Below, piece after piece: positions 20,086 through 30,129 of a DNA stretch of 64,000 bases (the stretch's first letter is position 1; each line of letters opens with the position of its first letter). The translations under genes were made by a program, and so were the position numbers. A model generated the notes under the pieces. The model searched no databases. It was not told the origin of the DNA and worked only from the letters and a program-made list of their open reading frames with translations. The DNA is from an uncultured delta proteobacterium. Lineage in GTDB: Bacteria; Desulfobacterota; Desulfuromonadia; Desulfuromonadales; BM103. The stretch covers positions 96,001 to 160,000 of the forward strand of contig CAVQRZ010000025.1 of NCBI GenBank assembly GCA_963715335.1. The letters run 5' to 3'.

Positions 20086-21045
20086 ATGATCGCTGAAAAG
20101 AATTTACTCATACCGGATTGGCCCGCCGGATTGCAGGAAGTCGATATAGTCAAGGCCCGCTTTGCCCTGGATTTTCTCTCTCCTTGCACCGCTCAGCCCG
20201 CTGATTTTATAATGCTGTTCCGCACTCTGCGTAATGTCGGCAGGCAGATGCTTGACTCGACCGATCCCCTCGCAGTTAGGCAATGGGAAGACCTTTTCCA
20301 ACCTGCCCTGAGTGACGACCCAGTCGCCCGGCGCAAATTCCAGAAACCGGCACCGGCATTGGTGATGACCATGCCGGTCGTGCAGAAAACCTTTATCGAC
20401 ACCGGCGACCGGCTAGAATGTGAGGTGCTGTTTATCGGCGCCGGCGTACCGCTCATCCCCGTATTTTTGGGAAGCCTGATTCAACTGGGCAGTCTTGGGA
20501 TGGTTTTCGATCAGGGTCATTTTGAAGTCACGGCAGTTTACAGCACGCAGAATGGGCAGCCTGAATCTCCCGCCTGGCGGCAGGGTGATCCACTGGATTC
20601 TTTGACATGTACGGTCCAACCCCTGAGCTGGCTGGTCAATCAGGAACAGGTTCCCGATAGACTGACGATATCGTATGAGACCCCGGTTCGACTGATGGCC
20701 GCCGGCAGACCACTGAGGAAGCCGCACTTCAGGCAGGTGTTCCCGTTTATGCTGCGACGCGTGACCTCCATGCTGTTCGCTCACACGGGGATTGAAATTC
20801 TTGATGAACCATCCAGTTTGCTTGGAAGCGCCAGCAGGCTAGAAGAGTCGGCAACACGCCTGACCTGGACCGATTGGAGAGAGATTGCCGGTCAACAGGG
20901 ATTGGTAGTCGGCGGCTTCACGGGCGAAATGCTTCTCTCCGGCGAGGCCATAGAACAGATATACTGGGTTCTGGCGGTAGCATCGCTGTTCGGCATCGGC
21001 AAGAGTGCGACCTATGGCGCCGGTCGATTCAGACTTTGCCACTGA
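20086..21045 (+). CDS. Orphan Cas6-like RAMP protein (CRISPR-associated endoribonuclease fold), divergent
   Basis: C-terminal G-rich loop GIGKSATYGAG followed by a short beta strand, plus YETPVRL, F..MLRRV, WTDW, GGFTG motifs; start could be 20041. Confidence 0.75.
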   Translation: MIAEKNLLIPDWPAGLQEVDIVKARFALDFLSPCTAQPADFIMLFRTLRNVGRQMLDSTDPLAVRQWEDLFQPALSDDPVARRKFQKPAPALVMTMPVVQKTFIDTGDRLECEVLFIGAGVPLIPVFLGSLIQLGSLGMVFDQGHFEVTAVYSTQNGQPESPAWRQGDPLDSLTCTVQPLSWLVNQEQVPDRLTISYETPVRLMAAGRPLRKPHFRQVFPFMLRRVTSMLFAHTGIEILDEPSSLLGSASRLEESATRLTWTDWREIAGQQGLVVGGFTGEMLLSGEAIEQIYWVLAVASLFGIGKSATYGAGRFRLCH

Positions 21046-21109
21046 TTTGTTGCTGGGCTTCAAATGCCTGTTATAATTAAAAAAACGAGAGCTTTCCGGA
21101 GGTGATGTT

Positions 21110-21424
21110 ATGACGGATGCATGGGAAGAGCGGAAAAAGGCCTTGGAGAATAAATACTTTCATGACCTGGAAAAAGAACTGATCGAGAAGATCCGGCAGG
21201 AGACCCAGGAAAAGCTGATTCGTAAATATTGTCTTGGTCGTTGCCCGAAATGCGGCGACAAGATCGAGCCGATCAATTACAGGGGGGTTCCAATGGATAA
21301 ATGTGTCAACTGCGGAGGGGTCTGGATGGGGCCGAATGACTTCAGGATCTTTTCGGAGAAGGACCATCGTACCTGGTTTGAGCGGTGGTTCAAGGAAGAG
21401 GCGATCGACAAGGACGGCTCATGA
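21110..21424 (+). CDS. TFIIB-type zinc-ribbon protein with N-terminal charged helix
   Basis: CPKC..DKCVNCGGVW; GGAGGT RBS; TATAAT just upstream. Confidence 0.85.
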   Translation: MTDAWEERKKALENKYFHDLEKELIEKIRQETQEKLIRKYCLGRCPKCGDKIEPINYRGVPMDKCVNCGGVWMGPNDFRIFSEKDHRTWFERWFKEEAIDKDGS

Positions 21425-21440
21425 TACCGTGACCGCCCCT

Positions 21441-21992
21441 TTATCCTTCTCCAAAAACCTGGGCGCTGAAAACATAGATGTCAGCATCATCGGCTTTCCA
21501 GGCATCCGTCGGCAATCCCGCCTTGATACAGGTCTGTTTCAGAAAGGCTAGACGATCCCAGTTGTGTTCCAGGGCAACCTGGGGCAGAAGGACGCCCCGA
21601 TAGAAACCCTTTTCGATGTAAATGCCGTGTTTGCCGACTTCTATCTCCTCGATATCTTCAATCTTCTGTAGCGGCGTGAGCACTGAAATCTCGAGGGTGA
21701 AGTTGCTCAGATCGTTTTCCTTGAGAGGGTAAAAACGGGGATCTTTCGCCGCGGAGGCCTGGGCCATCTGGGCGACTTCCTTGAACAGCGGCAGTTCGGA
21801 CTGGAAATTACCAATGCAGCCGCGCAATTGTCCGTTCTGCTTGATCGTCACAAAGCAGCCGTTGCGCTGGTTCAGGGCTTTTTCTTCTCGTGGTTCAATG
21901 TACTCCTGGCCAGTTAGCACGCCTTGAATGATCGCCTGGCGGGCAATGGCTAGGAGGGCTTGCTGCTCGTGAGCGTTCAACTCTCGGTCCAC
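21441..21992 (-). CDS. amrA: AmmeMemoRadiSam system protein A (AMMECR1 domain)
   Basis: GCFVT, LRGCIG, DPRF, EISVLTP, GKHGI, GVLLPQVA, KAGL; GTG start after GGAGG. Confidence 0.92.
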   Translation of the reverse strand: MDRELNAHEQQALLAIARQAIIQGVLTGQEYIEPREEKALNQRNGCFVTIKQNGQLRGCIGNFQSELPLFKEVAQMAQASAAKDPRFYPLKENDLSNFTLEISVLTPLQKIEDIEEIEVGKHGIYIEKGFYRGVLLPQVALEHNWDRLAFLKQTCIKAGLPTDAWKADDADIYVFSAQVFGEG

Positions 21993-22207
21993 GCTGCCTC
22001 CAGATTTTTAAGGTGAGGATTTGCCCTCATGAAGAACGGGCCAATCATAGAGCCCTGAACCAATTTTTTCAAGGTAACAATTACCAGTCAGGAGATTAAT
22101 TTAAGCGATTAAATCTGCCGAACGCTTTTCAGCGAGAGAGTTTCGTCCCTGGAGAGTTCCGATCTGTAACGAATCCATGCGTTATCTTTTCGATGTGCCT
22201 TAACGTT

Positions 22208-23335
22208 TCAGGCCGGAGGCTGGTTCTTCTCATCTGTCTGTTTGTCGATAATGCAATAAATCCCTTCTCCTTTGAGCCCTGGGCGAAAGCAGCCGTTGCA
22301 GGATATGCAAGTGGCCGTGTGGCCGTCATCATCTTTCCAGATTCTGGGTAGGTCGGGCTCTCTGATCAGCGGCCGGGAGATGGCAAACAGGTCGGCATCG
22401 CCTTCCAGTAGGAGGGTCTGCATGACGCCACAGGAGCGCAGCCCGCCAACTACCATCACTGGAACCTGAACCACTTTTTTGATCGCTCGGGCCAGTTTGG
22501 CATTATAGGCTTCTTTCTCCGGCGCATTGATGTGTTGTCGAACCGGGCTCAGTGCGCCGGAGACAGCTGTTCCTGAACTGACCTCGATAGCATCAATGCC
22601 AAGTTCCTGAAGCCGGATGGCAATCTCCACACAGTCCTGAAGCTGCAGGCCGCCTTCAAGGTGGTCGGAAGCGGTCAGCTTGATGGTTAACGGATAGTCG
22701 CTGCCGACGGCAGATCTGACAGCGATCATGACCTCTTGCAGAAAAGTCATGCGCTTTTCCACACTGCCGCCGTAGGCATCCTGACGCTGATTGCACAGCG
22801 GGGAAAGGAATTGGTTGATCAGGTAGCCGTGGGCGCCGTGCAGTTGCACACCGTCAAAGCCCGCGTCCCTGGCACGGCGGGCGGCCTCACCGAATGCCGT
22901 CACGAGATCATTTATGTCGTCTGCGGTCATTTCCTGTGGGTCGTCCTGATACCCCTTGTAACCGGTTTTCGAAGGAACCAGCGGCTGTTTGCCGATGACC
23001 TTGCGGGTCGTCTGTCCGCCAGCATGCACCAGTTGACAGAAGATCGCGCCCCCTTCCTGGCGGACCGCTTCGGTCAGCCCCATGAGACCGGGCAGATAAG
23101 AGTCATGACATATGCCCATTTTGCCGGGCAACTGTTTGCCGTCTGCCCGCACATAACTGTATCCGGAGATCAGCAAACCGGTTTCACCCCTGGCCAGTTG
23201 CCGGTAATATTCGACCAGTTGCGGTGTCACGTTGCCATCATCGTCACACATGCCCTCCCACGTGGCGCTACGGACAATGCGGTTTTTCAGTGTGAGATGG
23301 CCGATCTGGATATTGTCAAACAGGGATTTCCCCAT
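22208..23335 (-). CDS. NADH:flavin oxidoreductase (Old Yellow Enzyme family)
   Basis: LKNRIVRSAT, QLVHAG, AGFDGVQLHGAHGYLINQFLSP, YGGSVEKR, SRPLIREP, CISCNGC. Confidence 0.93.
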   Translation of the reverse strand: MGKSLFDNIQIGHLTLKNRIVRSATWEGMCDDDGNVTPQLVEYYRQLARGETGLLISGYSYVRADGKQLPGKMGICHDSYLPGLMGLTEAVRQEGGAIFCQLVHAGGQTTRKVIGKQPLVPSKTGYKGYQDDPQEMTADDINDLVTAFGEAARRARDAGFDGVQLHGAHGYLINQFLSPLCNQRQDAYGGSVEKRMTFLQEVMIAVRSAVGSDYPLTIKLTASDHLEGGLQLQDCVEIAIRLQELGIDAIEVSSGTAVSGALSPVRQHINAPEKEAYNAKLARAIKKVVQVPVMVVGGLRSCGVMQTLLLEGDADLFAISRPLIREPDLPRIWKDDDGHTATCISCNGCFRPGLKGEGIYCIIDKQTDEKNQPPA

Positions 23336-23362
23336 GACGGTTCCTCCATCGAATGGCAGATT

Positions 23363-23406
23363 AAAAAGATACAGCGGCCCATAAATAACATGGACCGCTG
23401 TTTTTT
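23363..23406 (-). terminator. Probable terminator after typA
   Basis: ACAGCGGcCCAT..ATGGaCCGCTGT hairpin with A/T tracts on both sides. Confidence 0.6.
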
Positions 23407-23460
23407 ATCATGTCCTCAGGGGAGCCTGGCAAATTGTAGAACCTAGGTCCCGGCTTCCGG

Positions 23461-25272
23461 CTACTTGAGCTTCTTACCCTCTCTCTTACGGTCATTTTCG
23501 TCAAGCAGACGCTTGCGCAGGCGAATCGATTCGGGGGTGACTTCCACCAGTTCGTCATTGCCGATGAATTCGATGGCCTGCTCAAGAGTCAAATCACGTG
23601 GCGTGGTCAGGCGGATGGCTTCATCACTCCCGGAGGCGCGCACATTGGTCAACTTCTTCCCTTTGCATGCATTGACTACGAGATCGTTGTCTTTGGCGTG
23701 CTGGCCGATAATCATTCCCTCGTAGACGTTGATGCCGGGTCTGACGAAGAGCGTTCCGCGCTCCTGAAGGTTGAAAAGCGAGTAGGCGATTGTTTCACCT
23801 GCGTCTATCGCGATCAGGACGCCATTTTTACGTCCGGGAATAAGTCCTTTCCAAGGCTCATAACCATGGAAAGTGTGGTTCATAACGCCGGTGCCGCGAG
23901 TATCGGTGAGGAATTCACTGCGGAAACCGATCAATCCGCGTGCGGGGATGATGAACTCGAGGCGGTTGACACCTTCAAGCGCGTTCATGGCGACCATCTC
24001 CGCTTTACGGGCACCGAGTTTCTCAATCACCGTGCCCTGGTGTTCTTCGGGGACATCAACCACCAGATACTCCATCGGTTCGCACTGTTCGCCGTTGATC
24101 TCGCGACAGATGACTTCCGGCTTGGAGACTGCCAGTTCAAAACCTTCCCGTCGCATGTTCTCGATCAGGATCGACAGGTGCAGTTCACCACGTCCTGAAA
24201 CCCTGAATGTGTCGGTATTGGCGGTTTCCTCGACGCGCAGGGAGACATTGGTGCGCAGTTCCTTGAAAAGGCGATCGCGGATGTTGCGCGACGTGACATA
24301 TTTACCCTCCCGGCCGGCAAAGGGGGACGAGTTGACGATGAAGTTCATCGCCAGGGTCGGCTCGTCGATCGATATGTAGGGGAGTGATTTGGGGCGTTCG
24401 GCGCAAGCCAGGGTCTCGCCGATGCCGATGTTTTCAAAGCCTGCTACGGTGACGATATCACCTGCGCCTGCTTCAGTCAGTTCAATCTGTTTGAGCCCTT
24501 CGTAACCGAGCAGCTTGGTGATGCGTGATTTGGATATTTCACCACTTTTCATGATCCGGGCGGCGGTTGCGCCGGTTTTTATGCGACCGCTGAAAATCTT
24601 GCCGGTGGCGATACGGCCAAGGTAATCGTTATAGTCGATAGATGATACCAGCATCTGGAATGGTGCTTCCAGGTCGGCGACCGGAGGAGCAACCCGCTCA
24701 CGGATCATCTCGAAGAGCGGTTCGAGGTTATCCGATGCATCGCTCAGTTCGCGTTTGGCAATCCCCAGCTTGGCGCTGGTATAGACAATCGGAAAGTCAA
24801 GTTGTTCATCGTCGGCGTTGAGCTCGCAAAACAGGTCGAAGACCATGTCGACTACCTTCTCCGGACGTGCTCCGGGGCGGTCGATCTTGTTGATGACGAC
24901 GATCGGGCGGATGTCCAGATCAAGAGACTTTTTCAGTACGAAGCGGGTCTGCGGCATCGGACCATCGAAAGCATCCACCAGCAACAGGACCGAGTCGACC
25001 ATTTTGAGGACGCGTTCCACTTCACCGCCGAAATCGGCATGACCGGGGGTGTCGACAATATTGATTTTGATGCCGTTGTGGTGTATCGAGAGGTTCTTTG
25101 ACAAGATCGTGATGCCGCGTTCCTTCTCCAGATCGTTACTGTCCATCACCCGTTCGGTGATGATCTGGTTGTCGCGAAAGACTCCTGATTGCTTGAGCAT
25201 AGCATCAACCAGGGTGGTTTTGCCGTGGTCGACGTGGGCAATTATGGCAATGTTGCGCAGATGTTCACTCAT
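23461..25272 (-). CDS. typA: Translational GTPase TypA/BipA
   Basis: [56 protein letters not shown]. Confidence 0.98.
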   Translation of the reverse strand: MSEHLRNIAIIAHVDHGKTTLVDAMLKQSGVFRDNQIITERVMDSNDLEKERGITILSKNLSIHHNGIKINIVDTPGHADFGGEVERVLKMVDSVLLLVDAFDGPMPQTRFVLKKSLDLDIRPIVVINKIDRPGARPEKVVDMVFDLFCELNADDEQLDFPIVYTSAKLGIAKRELSDASDNLEPLFEMIRERVAPPVADLEAPFQMLVSSIDYNDYLGRIATGKIFSGRIKTGATAARIMKSGEISKSRITKLLGYEGLKQIELTEAGAGDIVTVAGFENIGIGETLACAERPKSLPYISIDEPTLAMNFIVNSSPFAGREGKYVTSRNIRDRLFKELRTNVSLRVEETANTDTFRVSGRGELHLSILIENMRREGFELAVSKPEVICREINGEQCEPMEYLVVDVPEEHQGTVIEKLGARKAEMVAMNALEGVNRLEFIIPARGLIGFRSEFLTDTRGTGVMNHTFHGYEPWKGLIPGRKNGVLIAIDAGETIAYSLFNLQERGTLFVRPGINVYEGMIIGQHAKDNDLVVNACKGKKLTNVRASGSDEAIRLTTPRDLTLEQAIEFIGNDELVEVTPESIRLRKRLLDENDRKREGKKLK

Positions 25273-25440
25273 GGTTTGTGGCTTTCTTTATAAATCCGGC
25301 AAGAGTTATTATAGTTCGGGCGGCACATGATAGTCACTTGTCGTGGAAATGCAAGCGGCTTTTTCTGCAGATGGCTTGTCTGATCTACGGCTATGGCCTA
25401 AGATAGACAACCAATAATATCGATCAGGCGGATTTAACCG

Positions 25441-26526
25441 ATGAGGAATCTTGTTTCTCGGAGTCTCTTGTGGCCAGTAATCATGTCGATTGCCCTGGCC
25501 TGCTTTGCCGGTTGTACCGGGATGGACCGGTACCTGCCGGCCGAGGCCCCGAAATTGACAGCTGAGCAGGAAATCCAGGTCGGGACGGCCGCAGGAGACC
25601 GGCTACTCCAACTGCTTGGTGGTCCGTACCACGACGAAGCTCTTGCCGAAGAGATTGAATCCCTGCTTACACCGGATGACGTGATTTCCGGTCGACTCGC
25701 TGTCTCTGTCGCAGACAAGAGCGCCGCGGCACTCTATATCCTGCCGGGTGGCCGGGTTGTTATGACCCGTGGCCTGTTGTCAGAGGTCCTTGACCTGGGA
25801 GGGTTGAAGGCCTTGCTGCAGCAGGTCGCCGCTCTCACCCGTACAGCCTCTTCCGTTCAGGCAACCCGCGATGCGAACCAGGCCACGATGGAAATCCTGT
25901 CGATCAAAGAGTCCGTATATGATCCCGAATCAGGTTCGATCAGGCTGGCGCGAATTCTTGCCGAGCGCCCATGCGAAGGGGGCTGCGTGAAAGATTTACT
26001 GTCCTCTCGAGTGAGCAGTTCTAAAGAGGTCACGGAACCGATCCGCTTGCTCAAGGAATTGCAGCCGGCATACGCGTTGTTGGCTGAGGCCCAGCGGTTT
26101 GAAAAAGCAGACAACTCCGCGCAGGCAATCATCTCCTATCTCAAAGCCGCAACCATGGCCCCTGAGGAGCCGCACATCCTGGGCTCTCTGGGGATGGCCT
26201 ATCTGCGTGCCGGTGAGTTGCAGACGGCCAGACTCAATTTGCAGAAGGCGGTCAAACTGCAGCCAGACTATTACAAGACTCGAATGGGGCTCGGTTACCT
26301 CTCCCTGCAGCAGGGCCAGGTAGGTAAGGCAAACGATGAACTGGCAGAGAGCGTCCGCCTGCTGCCGGTCACGGAAAACCTCTTTCTGCTCGCCGAGGCA
26401 CGCGAAAAAGGTGGCGACGCCGAAGGCAGTATGTCTTTGTACCGACTGATCGTTGAGAAGGATGCACAGAGCAAGCTGGGACGTACGGCAGCAAGCCGTC
26501 TGGCCCGGGTAAAGGGTGCGCAGTGA
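25441..26526 (+). CDS. Lipoprotein with degenerate M48/BepA-like N-domain and C-terminal TPRs
   Basis: Lipobox FAGC, EQEIQVG, LPGGRVVMTRGLL (M48-like) but no HExxH; TPR helices after about residue 210. Confidence 0.7.
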   Translation: MRNLVSRSLLWPVIMSIALACFAGCTGMDRYLPAEAPKLTAEQEIQVGTAAGDRLLQLLGGPYHDEALAEEIESLLTPDDVISGRLAVSVADKSAAALYILPGGRVVMTRGLLSEVLDLGGLKALLQQVAALTRTASSVQATRDANQATMEILSIKESVYDPESGSIRLARILAERPCEGGCVKDLLSSRVSSSKEVTEPIRLLKELQPAYALLAEAQRFEKADNSAQAIISYLKAATMAPEEPHILGSLGMAYLRAGELQTARLNLQKAVKLQPDYYKTRMGLGYLSLQQGQVGKANDELAESVRLLPVTENLFLLAEAREKGGDAEGSMSLYRLIVEKDAQSKLGRTAASRLARVKGAQ

Positions 26527-27038
26527 TTCAGGCCTCTATTCTGGAGGATGGTGAAACCATTCGCTGGGAGGCGCGGCCCGCACCGCGTTGTTATACCTTT
26601 CGGCACTGGCGGCATTCCGTTTTCGGCCTGATTTTCCTTGCGATCTGCAGCTACTGGCAGTTCTTGGGGATTTCTCTGGCGAAGACTTACGCTGTGAGTT
26701 GGCTGGCCTGGATACCGCTTCCCTTCGTTCTGATTGGGCTGTATTTTTTCGTTGGGCATCTGCTGCATGCCCGTCTTGAGTGGAACCGTGTTAATTACCT
26801 CATAACGGATCGGCGGGTGATTGCGCAACGTGGCCTGACGTCCCCTTGCACACAGTTCATCGTATTGTCAGAAATCACATATTTCCACCTGCATCGACAA
26901 GGTGAGCAACTCGGAACGCTGCGTGTCCACCAGGGCCGGGAGCAGTCCCTTATCCTGCACTGCATAGAATACCCGCATCTGGCAATGGATCTTCTGTCAG
27001 CAGCAATAGCAAGGAACGAAGCGCAAAAGGCAAAGTGA
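26523..27038 (+). CDS. Membrane protein with bacterial PH domain
   Basis: LEDGETIRWEARP, two TM segments, YLITDRRVIAQRG; overlaps the upstream stop (GTGA). Confidence 0.75.
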   Translation: MIQASILEDGETIRWEARPAPRCYTFRHWRHSVFGLIFLAICSYWQFLGISLAKTYAVSWLAWIPLPFVLIGLYFFVGHLLHARLEWNRVNYLITDRRVIAQRGLTSPCTQFIVLSEITYFHLHRQGEQLGTLRVHQGREQSLILHCIEYPHLAMDLLSAAIARNEAQKAK

Positions 27039-27136
27039 GCCTTATGTTAAATTTGGGCGGTTACGGCAATTCGGTTGCTTTCTTGCGGGTTTTTGATTAA
27101 TCTCTAGCCCCTTAATCTTGGCTGGGATATAACCCT

Positions 27137-28483
27137 ATGAATAATAAAGCTTTTTACCTGGAAACTTTTGGCTGCCAGATGAACGTCGTCGACTCGGAGC
27201 GGATTGTCGACCTGCTCGGCGGCATTGGTTACCAGCAGGTCGAACAGCCCGACCAGGCCGGCCTGATCCTGCTGAACACCTGTGCTGTTCGGGACAAGGC
27301 CGTGCGCAAAGCCTACGGTCATCTGGGGCGCTTCAAACCCCTTAAGGACCGCAATCCGGAACTCATCCTCGGCATGGGTGGCTGCATCGCCCAGCAGGAA
27401 GGCAAGCAGCTGCTCGAGGAGTTCCCTTACCTGGATCTGGTTTTCGGCACGCACAATGTTCACCGCCTGCCTGAAATGGTACAGAATGTTGCCGACCATC
27501 GCGTACGTTGTGAAGAGACCGAATTCCTCGACCGCGACACGCGGCTGCAGCTCTTCCCTTCACGTACCGGCCAGGATGCCTATACCCGTTTCGTCACGGT
27601 CATGCAGGGTTGTGACAACTTCTGCAGTTATTGTGTCGTGCCTTATGTCCGTGGCCGCGAGATCAGCCGCCCCAGCGGTGAAATCCTCGAAGAAATCCGC
27701 GATCTGGCATCGCAGGGTGTGCGCGAGGTGACCCTGATCGGCCAGAATGTCAATTCTTACGGCCTCAAAGACGAGCCCGAGCTTTCTTTCGCAGGTCTTC
27801 TCAAACAGGTCAATGAAATTTCTGGCATAGACCGGATTCGCTTCACTACCTCTCACCCGAAAGATCTGTCGGATGAGCTGGTCGATTGTTTCGGATCACT
27901 TGAGAAGCTCTGTAAACACCTGCATCTGCCGGTCCAGTGTGGATCCGATAATATCCTGCTGGCAATGAACCGTGGTTACACACGCGAACGCTACCTGGAG
28001 ATCGTCGACCGCCTGCGTCGGGTTTGCCCGGATATCCGTCTGACGACGGACGTCATCGTCGGTTTCCCGGGCGAGAACGACGAAGACTTCGATGAGACTA
28101 TGGCATTGCTTGAGGAAGTGCGTTACGCGGAAATTTATTCATTTATCTACTCGCCTCGAAAGGGCACGACTGCAGCAAATATGGATGATGAGACTCCCGC
28201 AGAGGTGAAACAGGCACGTTTCGATCGCATGCTCAGCGTCCAGCAGGAAATCAGCCGTCAGACCTGGGAAGCGGATATCGGCTCGGTGCTGGATGTCCTG
28301 GTCGAAGGTGAAAGCAGGATGGGAGAGGGGCAGATGTTTGGCCGCACCACCTGGAACAGAATTGTCAATTTTACCGGTCCGGGTGAACTGTCAGGTCGTA
28401 TCGTGCCGGTCAAGATCATCAGATCCTATCGCAACTCGCTGCTCGGTGAGTTGCCTGAAAACTGCGAGAGCGAAACATTATGA
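27137..28483 (+). CDS. miaB: tRNA-2-methylthio-N6-dimethylallyladenosine synthase
   Basis: TFGCQMN, NTCAVR, GCIAQ, CDNFCSYC radical SAM motif, RFTTSHP, C-terminal TRAM. Confidence 0.96.
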   Translation: MNNKAFYLETFGCQMNVVDSERIVDLLGGIGYQQVEQPDQAGLILLNTCAVRDKAVRKAYGHLGRFKPLKDRNPELILGMGGCIAQQEGKQLLEEFPYLDLVFGTHNVHRLPEMVQNVADHRVRCEETEFLDRDTRLQLFPSRTGQDAYTRFVTVMQGCDNFCSYCVVPYVRGREISRPSGEILEEIRDLASQGVREVTLIGQNVNSYGLKDEPELSFAGLLKQVNEISGIDRIRFTTSHPKDLSDELVDCFGSLEKLCKHLHLPVQCGSDNILLAMNRGYTRERYLEIVDRLRRVCPDIRLTTDVIVGFPGENDEDFDETMALLEEVRYAEIYSFIYSPRKGTTAANMDDETPAEVKQARFDRMLSVQQEISRQTWEADIGSVLDVLVEGESRMGEGQMFGRTTWNRIVNFTGPGELSGRIVPVKIIRSYRNSLLGELPENCESETL

Positions 28484-29547
28484 ATCAACAGGATTTTAGT
28501 TTTTTCAAGGAACTTGTCGAGGCTCCGAGTCCGTCCGGCTTCGAGCAGCCTGCCCAACGGGTCATTCGCAAGGCACTGGCCGATGTTGCTGATGATATCC
28601 GTACCGATGTAATGGGCAACGTGGTCGCGCACATTGAGGGACCTGAAGGCGCCCCGCGCCTAATGCTGGCGGGTCATTGCGATGAAATCGGCTTCATGAT
28701 CAAATATATAGACGACCAGGGGTATCTGTTCTTTGCGCCGATCGGCGGAGTTGATGCGCATCTCGTGCCGGGGCAGAGGGTGACGGTACACACAAAATCC
28801 GGCCCCGTTCTGGGCGTGGTAGGCAAACGTCCGATCCACCAGATCGAGCCGCAGGACCGTGACAAAGTGATGCCGTTCAAAAACCAGTTCATCGATGTCG
28901 GCTGCGTGGACAAGGAGATGGCCACAACCTTGGTGTCGATCGGTGACCCGGTGACTTTCAGCGTCGGTGTCGAACGTCTGCAGGGCACGCGCCTGACTTC
29001 GCGGGCTCTGGATGACAAGATGGGTGCGTTTATCGTCGCTCAGGTCCTGAGGGAAGTCCGTCGCCAGAACAATCTGGTGGTGGATCTCTACGGAGTGTCG
29101 ACGGTACAGGAGGAGGTTGGCTTGCGCGGCGGGGCGACCAGCGCCTACGGAGTGCAGCCCGATATCGGCATCGCCGTTGAGGTTGGTTTCGCCAGTGACT
29201 ATCCTGACGCAGATCACAAACACTCAGGAGAGATAAGCCTTGGCAAAGGTCCGATTATCGCCCGGGGGCCGAATATCAATCCCGCACTCTTCGACCTTCT
29301 GGTGTCGACTGCCAAGGCGGAAGCAATCCCTTACCAGGTGATCGGTATCCCGCGTGCCACCGGAACCGACGCCAACGTGATGCAGCTGGTCCATGGTGGT
29401 GTTGCAACCGCCCTGGTCAGCATCCCGCTACGCTATATGCATACGCCGGTTGAAGTCCTTGACTGGGCTGACCTTGAAGGTGCGGTCAAACTCCTGTCCA
29501 GCCTTTGCGGCAGGCTGACGGAGAAGAGTTCTTTTATCCCGGCCTGA
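28480..29547 (+). CDS. M42 family metallopeptidase
   Basis: SPSGFE, AGHCDEIG, RALDDKMG, TVQEEVGLRG, GTDA, RYMHTPVE. Confidence 0.93.
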   Translation: MNQQDFSFFKELVEAPSPSGFEQPAQRVIRKALADVADDIRTDVMGNVVAHIEGPEGAPRLMLAGHCDEIGFMIKYIDDQGYLFFAPIGGVDAHLVPGQRVTVHTKSGPVLGVVGKRPIHQIEPQDRDKVMPFKNQFIDVGCVDKEMATTLVSIGDPVTFSVGVERLQGTRLTSRALDDKMGAFIVAQVLREVRRQNNLVVDLYGVSTVQEEVGLRGGATSAYGVQPDIGIAVEVGFASDYPDADHKHSGEISLGKGPIIARGPNINPALFDLLVSTAKAEAIPYQVIGIPRATGTDANVMQLVHGGVATALVSIPLRYMHTPVEVLDWADLEGAVKLLSSLCGRLTEKSSFIPA

Positions 29548-29595
29548 GCGTTTCCCGGCCGTCGGAATAAAGTCTTGTGACGGTCGAAAAAACGC

Positions 29596-29624
29596 TTGAC
29601 AACACAAGGTGTTTTGAATACATT
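29596..29624 (+). promoter_or_regulatory. sigma70 promoter of rplM-rpsI
   Basis: TTGACA-17 nt-TACATT. Confidence 0.7.
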
Positions 29625-29677
29625 TCGTGTTTCTGTGAGCCCCGTAAACTTACAGATTCGATATAGAGAGGTCAGTA

Positions 29678-30106
29678 ATGAGCACTTCAGTTGCGAAAAA
29701 AGATGAACTCCAGAAGGACTGGTATGTCGTCGATCTGGAAGACAAGGTCCTAGGCCGGGCAGCTACCGAGATTGCCCGTGTCCTGCGCGGCAAACACAAG
29801 GCTATTTACACCCCGAGCGTTGATACCGGTGATTTCGTTATCGTCCTCAATGCCGAGAAGGTCTGTCTGACCGGTAACAAGCTGAGTCAGAAAAAGTACT
29901 ATCGTCACAGCGGTTTTACCGGCGGCTTGACGACAATTACTGCAGACAAGTTGCTTGAAAAGGCCCCTGAAGAACTGATCAGGAGAGCCGTCAAGGGGAT
30001 GTTGCCGAAGAACAAGCTCGGCCGTCAGATGTTCAGAAAACTTAAAGTCTATTGCGGTGCCGATCATCCGCATGAGGCACAGCAACCCAAAGAACTTCAG
30101 GTTTAA
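29678..30106 (+). CDS. rplM: 50S ribosomal protein L13
   Basis: [37 protein letters not shown]. Confidence 0.98.
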   Translation: MSTSVAKKDELQKDWYVVDLEDKVLGRAATEIARVLRGKHKAIYTPSVDTGDFVIVLNAEKVCLTGNKLSQKKYYRHSGFTGGLTTITADKLLEKAPEELIRRAVKGMLPKNKLGRQMFRKLKVYCGADHPHEAQQPKELQV

Positions 30107-30129
30107 GGGAATTCAGGAGAAATTAGACG

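Noticed and set aside
19982..22207. CRISPR array or mini-array near the Cas6-like gene
   Set aside because: No direct repeats of 25-40 nt with spacers were visible in the flanking intergenic regions or elsewhere in the window
25376..25410. Imperfect palindrome between typA and the TPR lipoprotein gene
   Set aside because: Single occurrence with several bulges; no function can be supported
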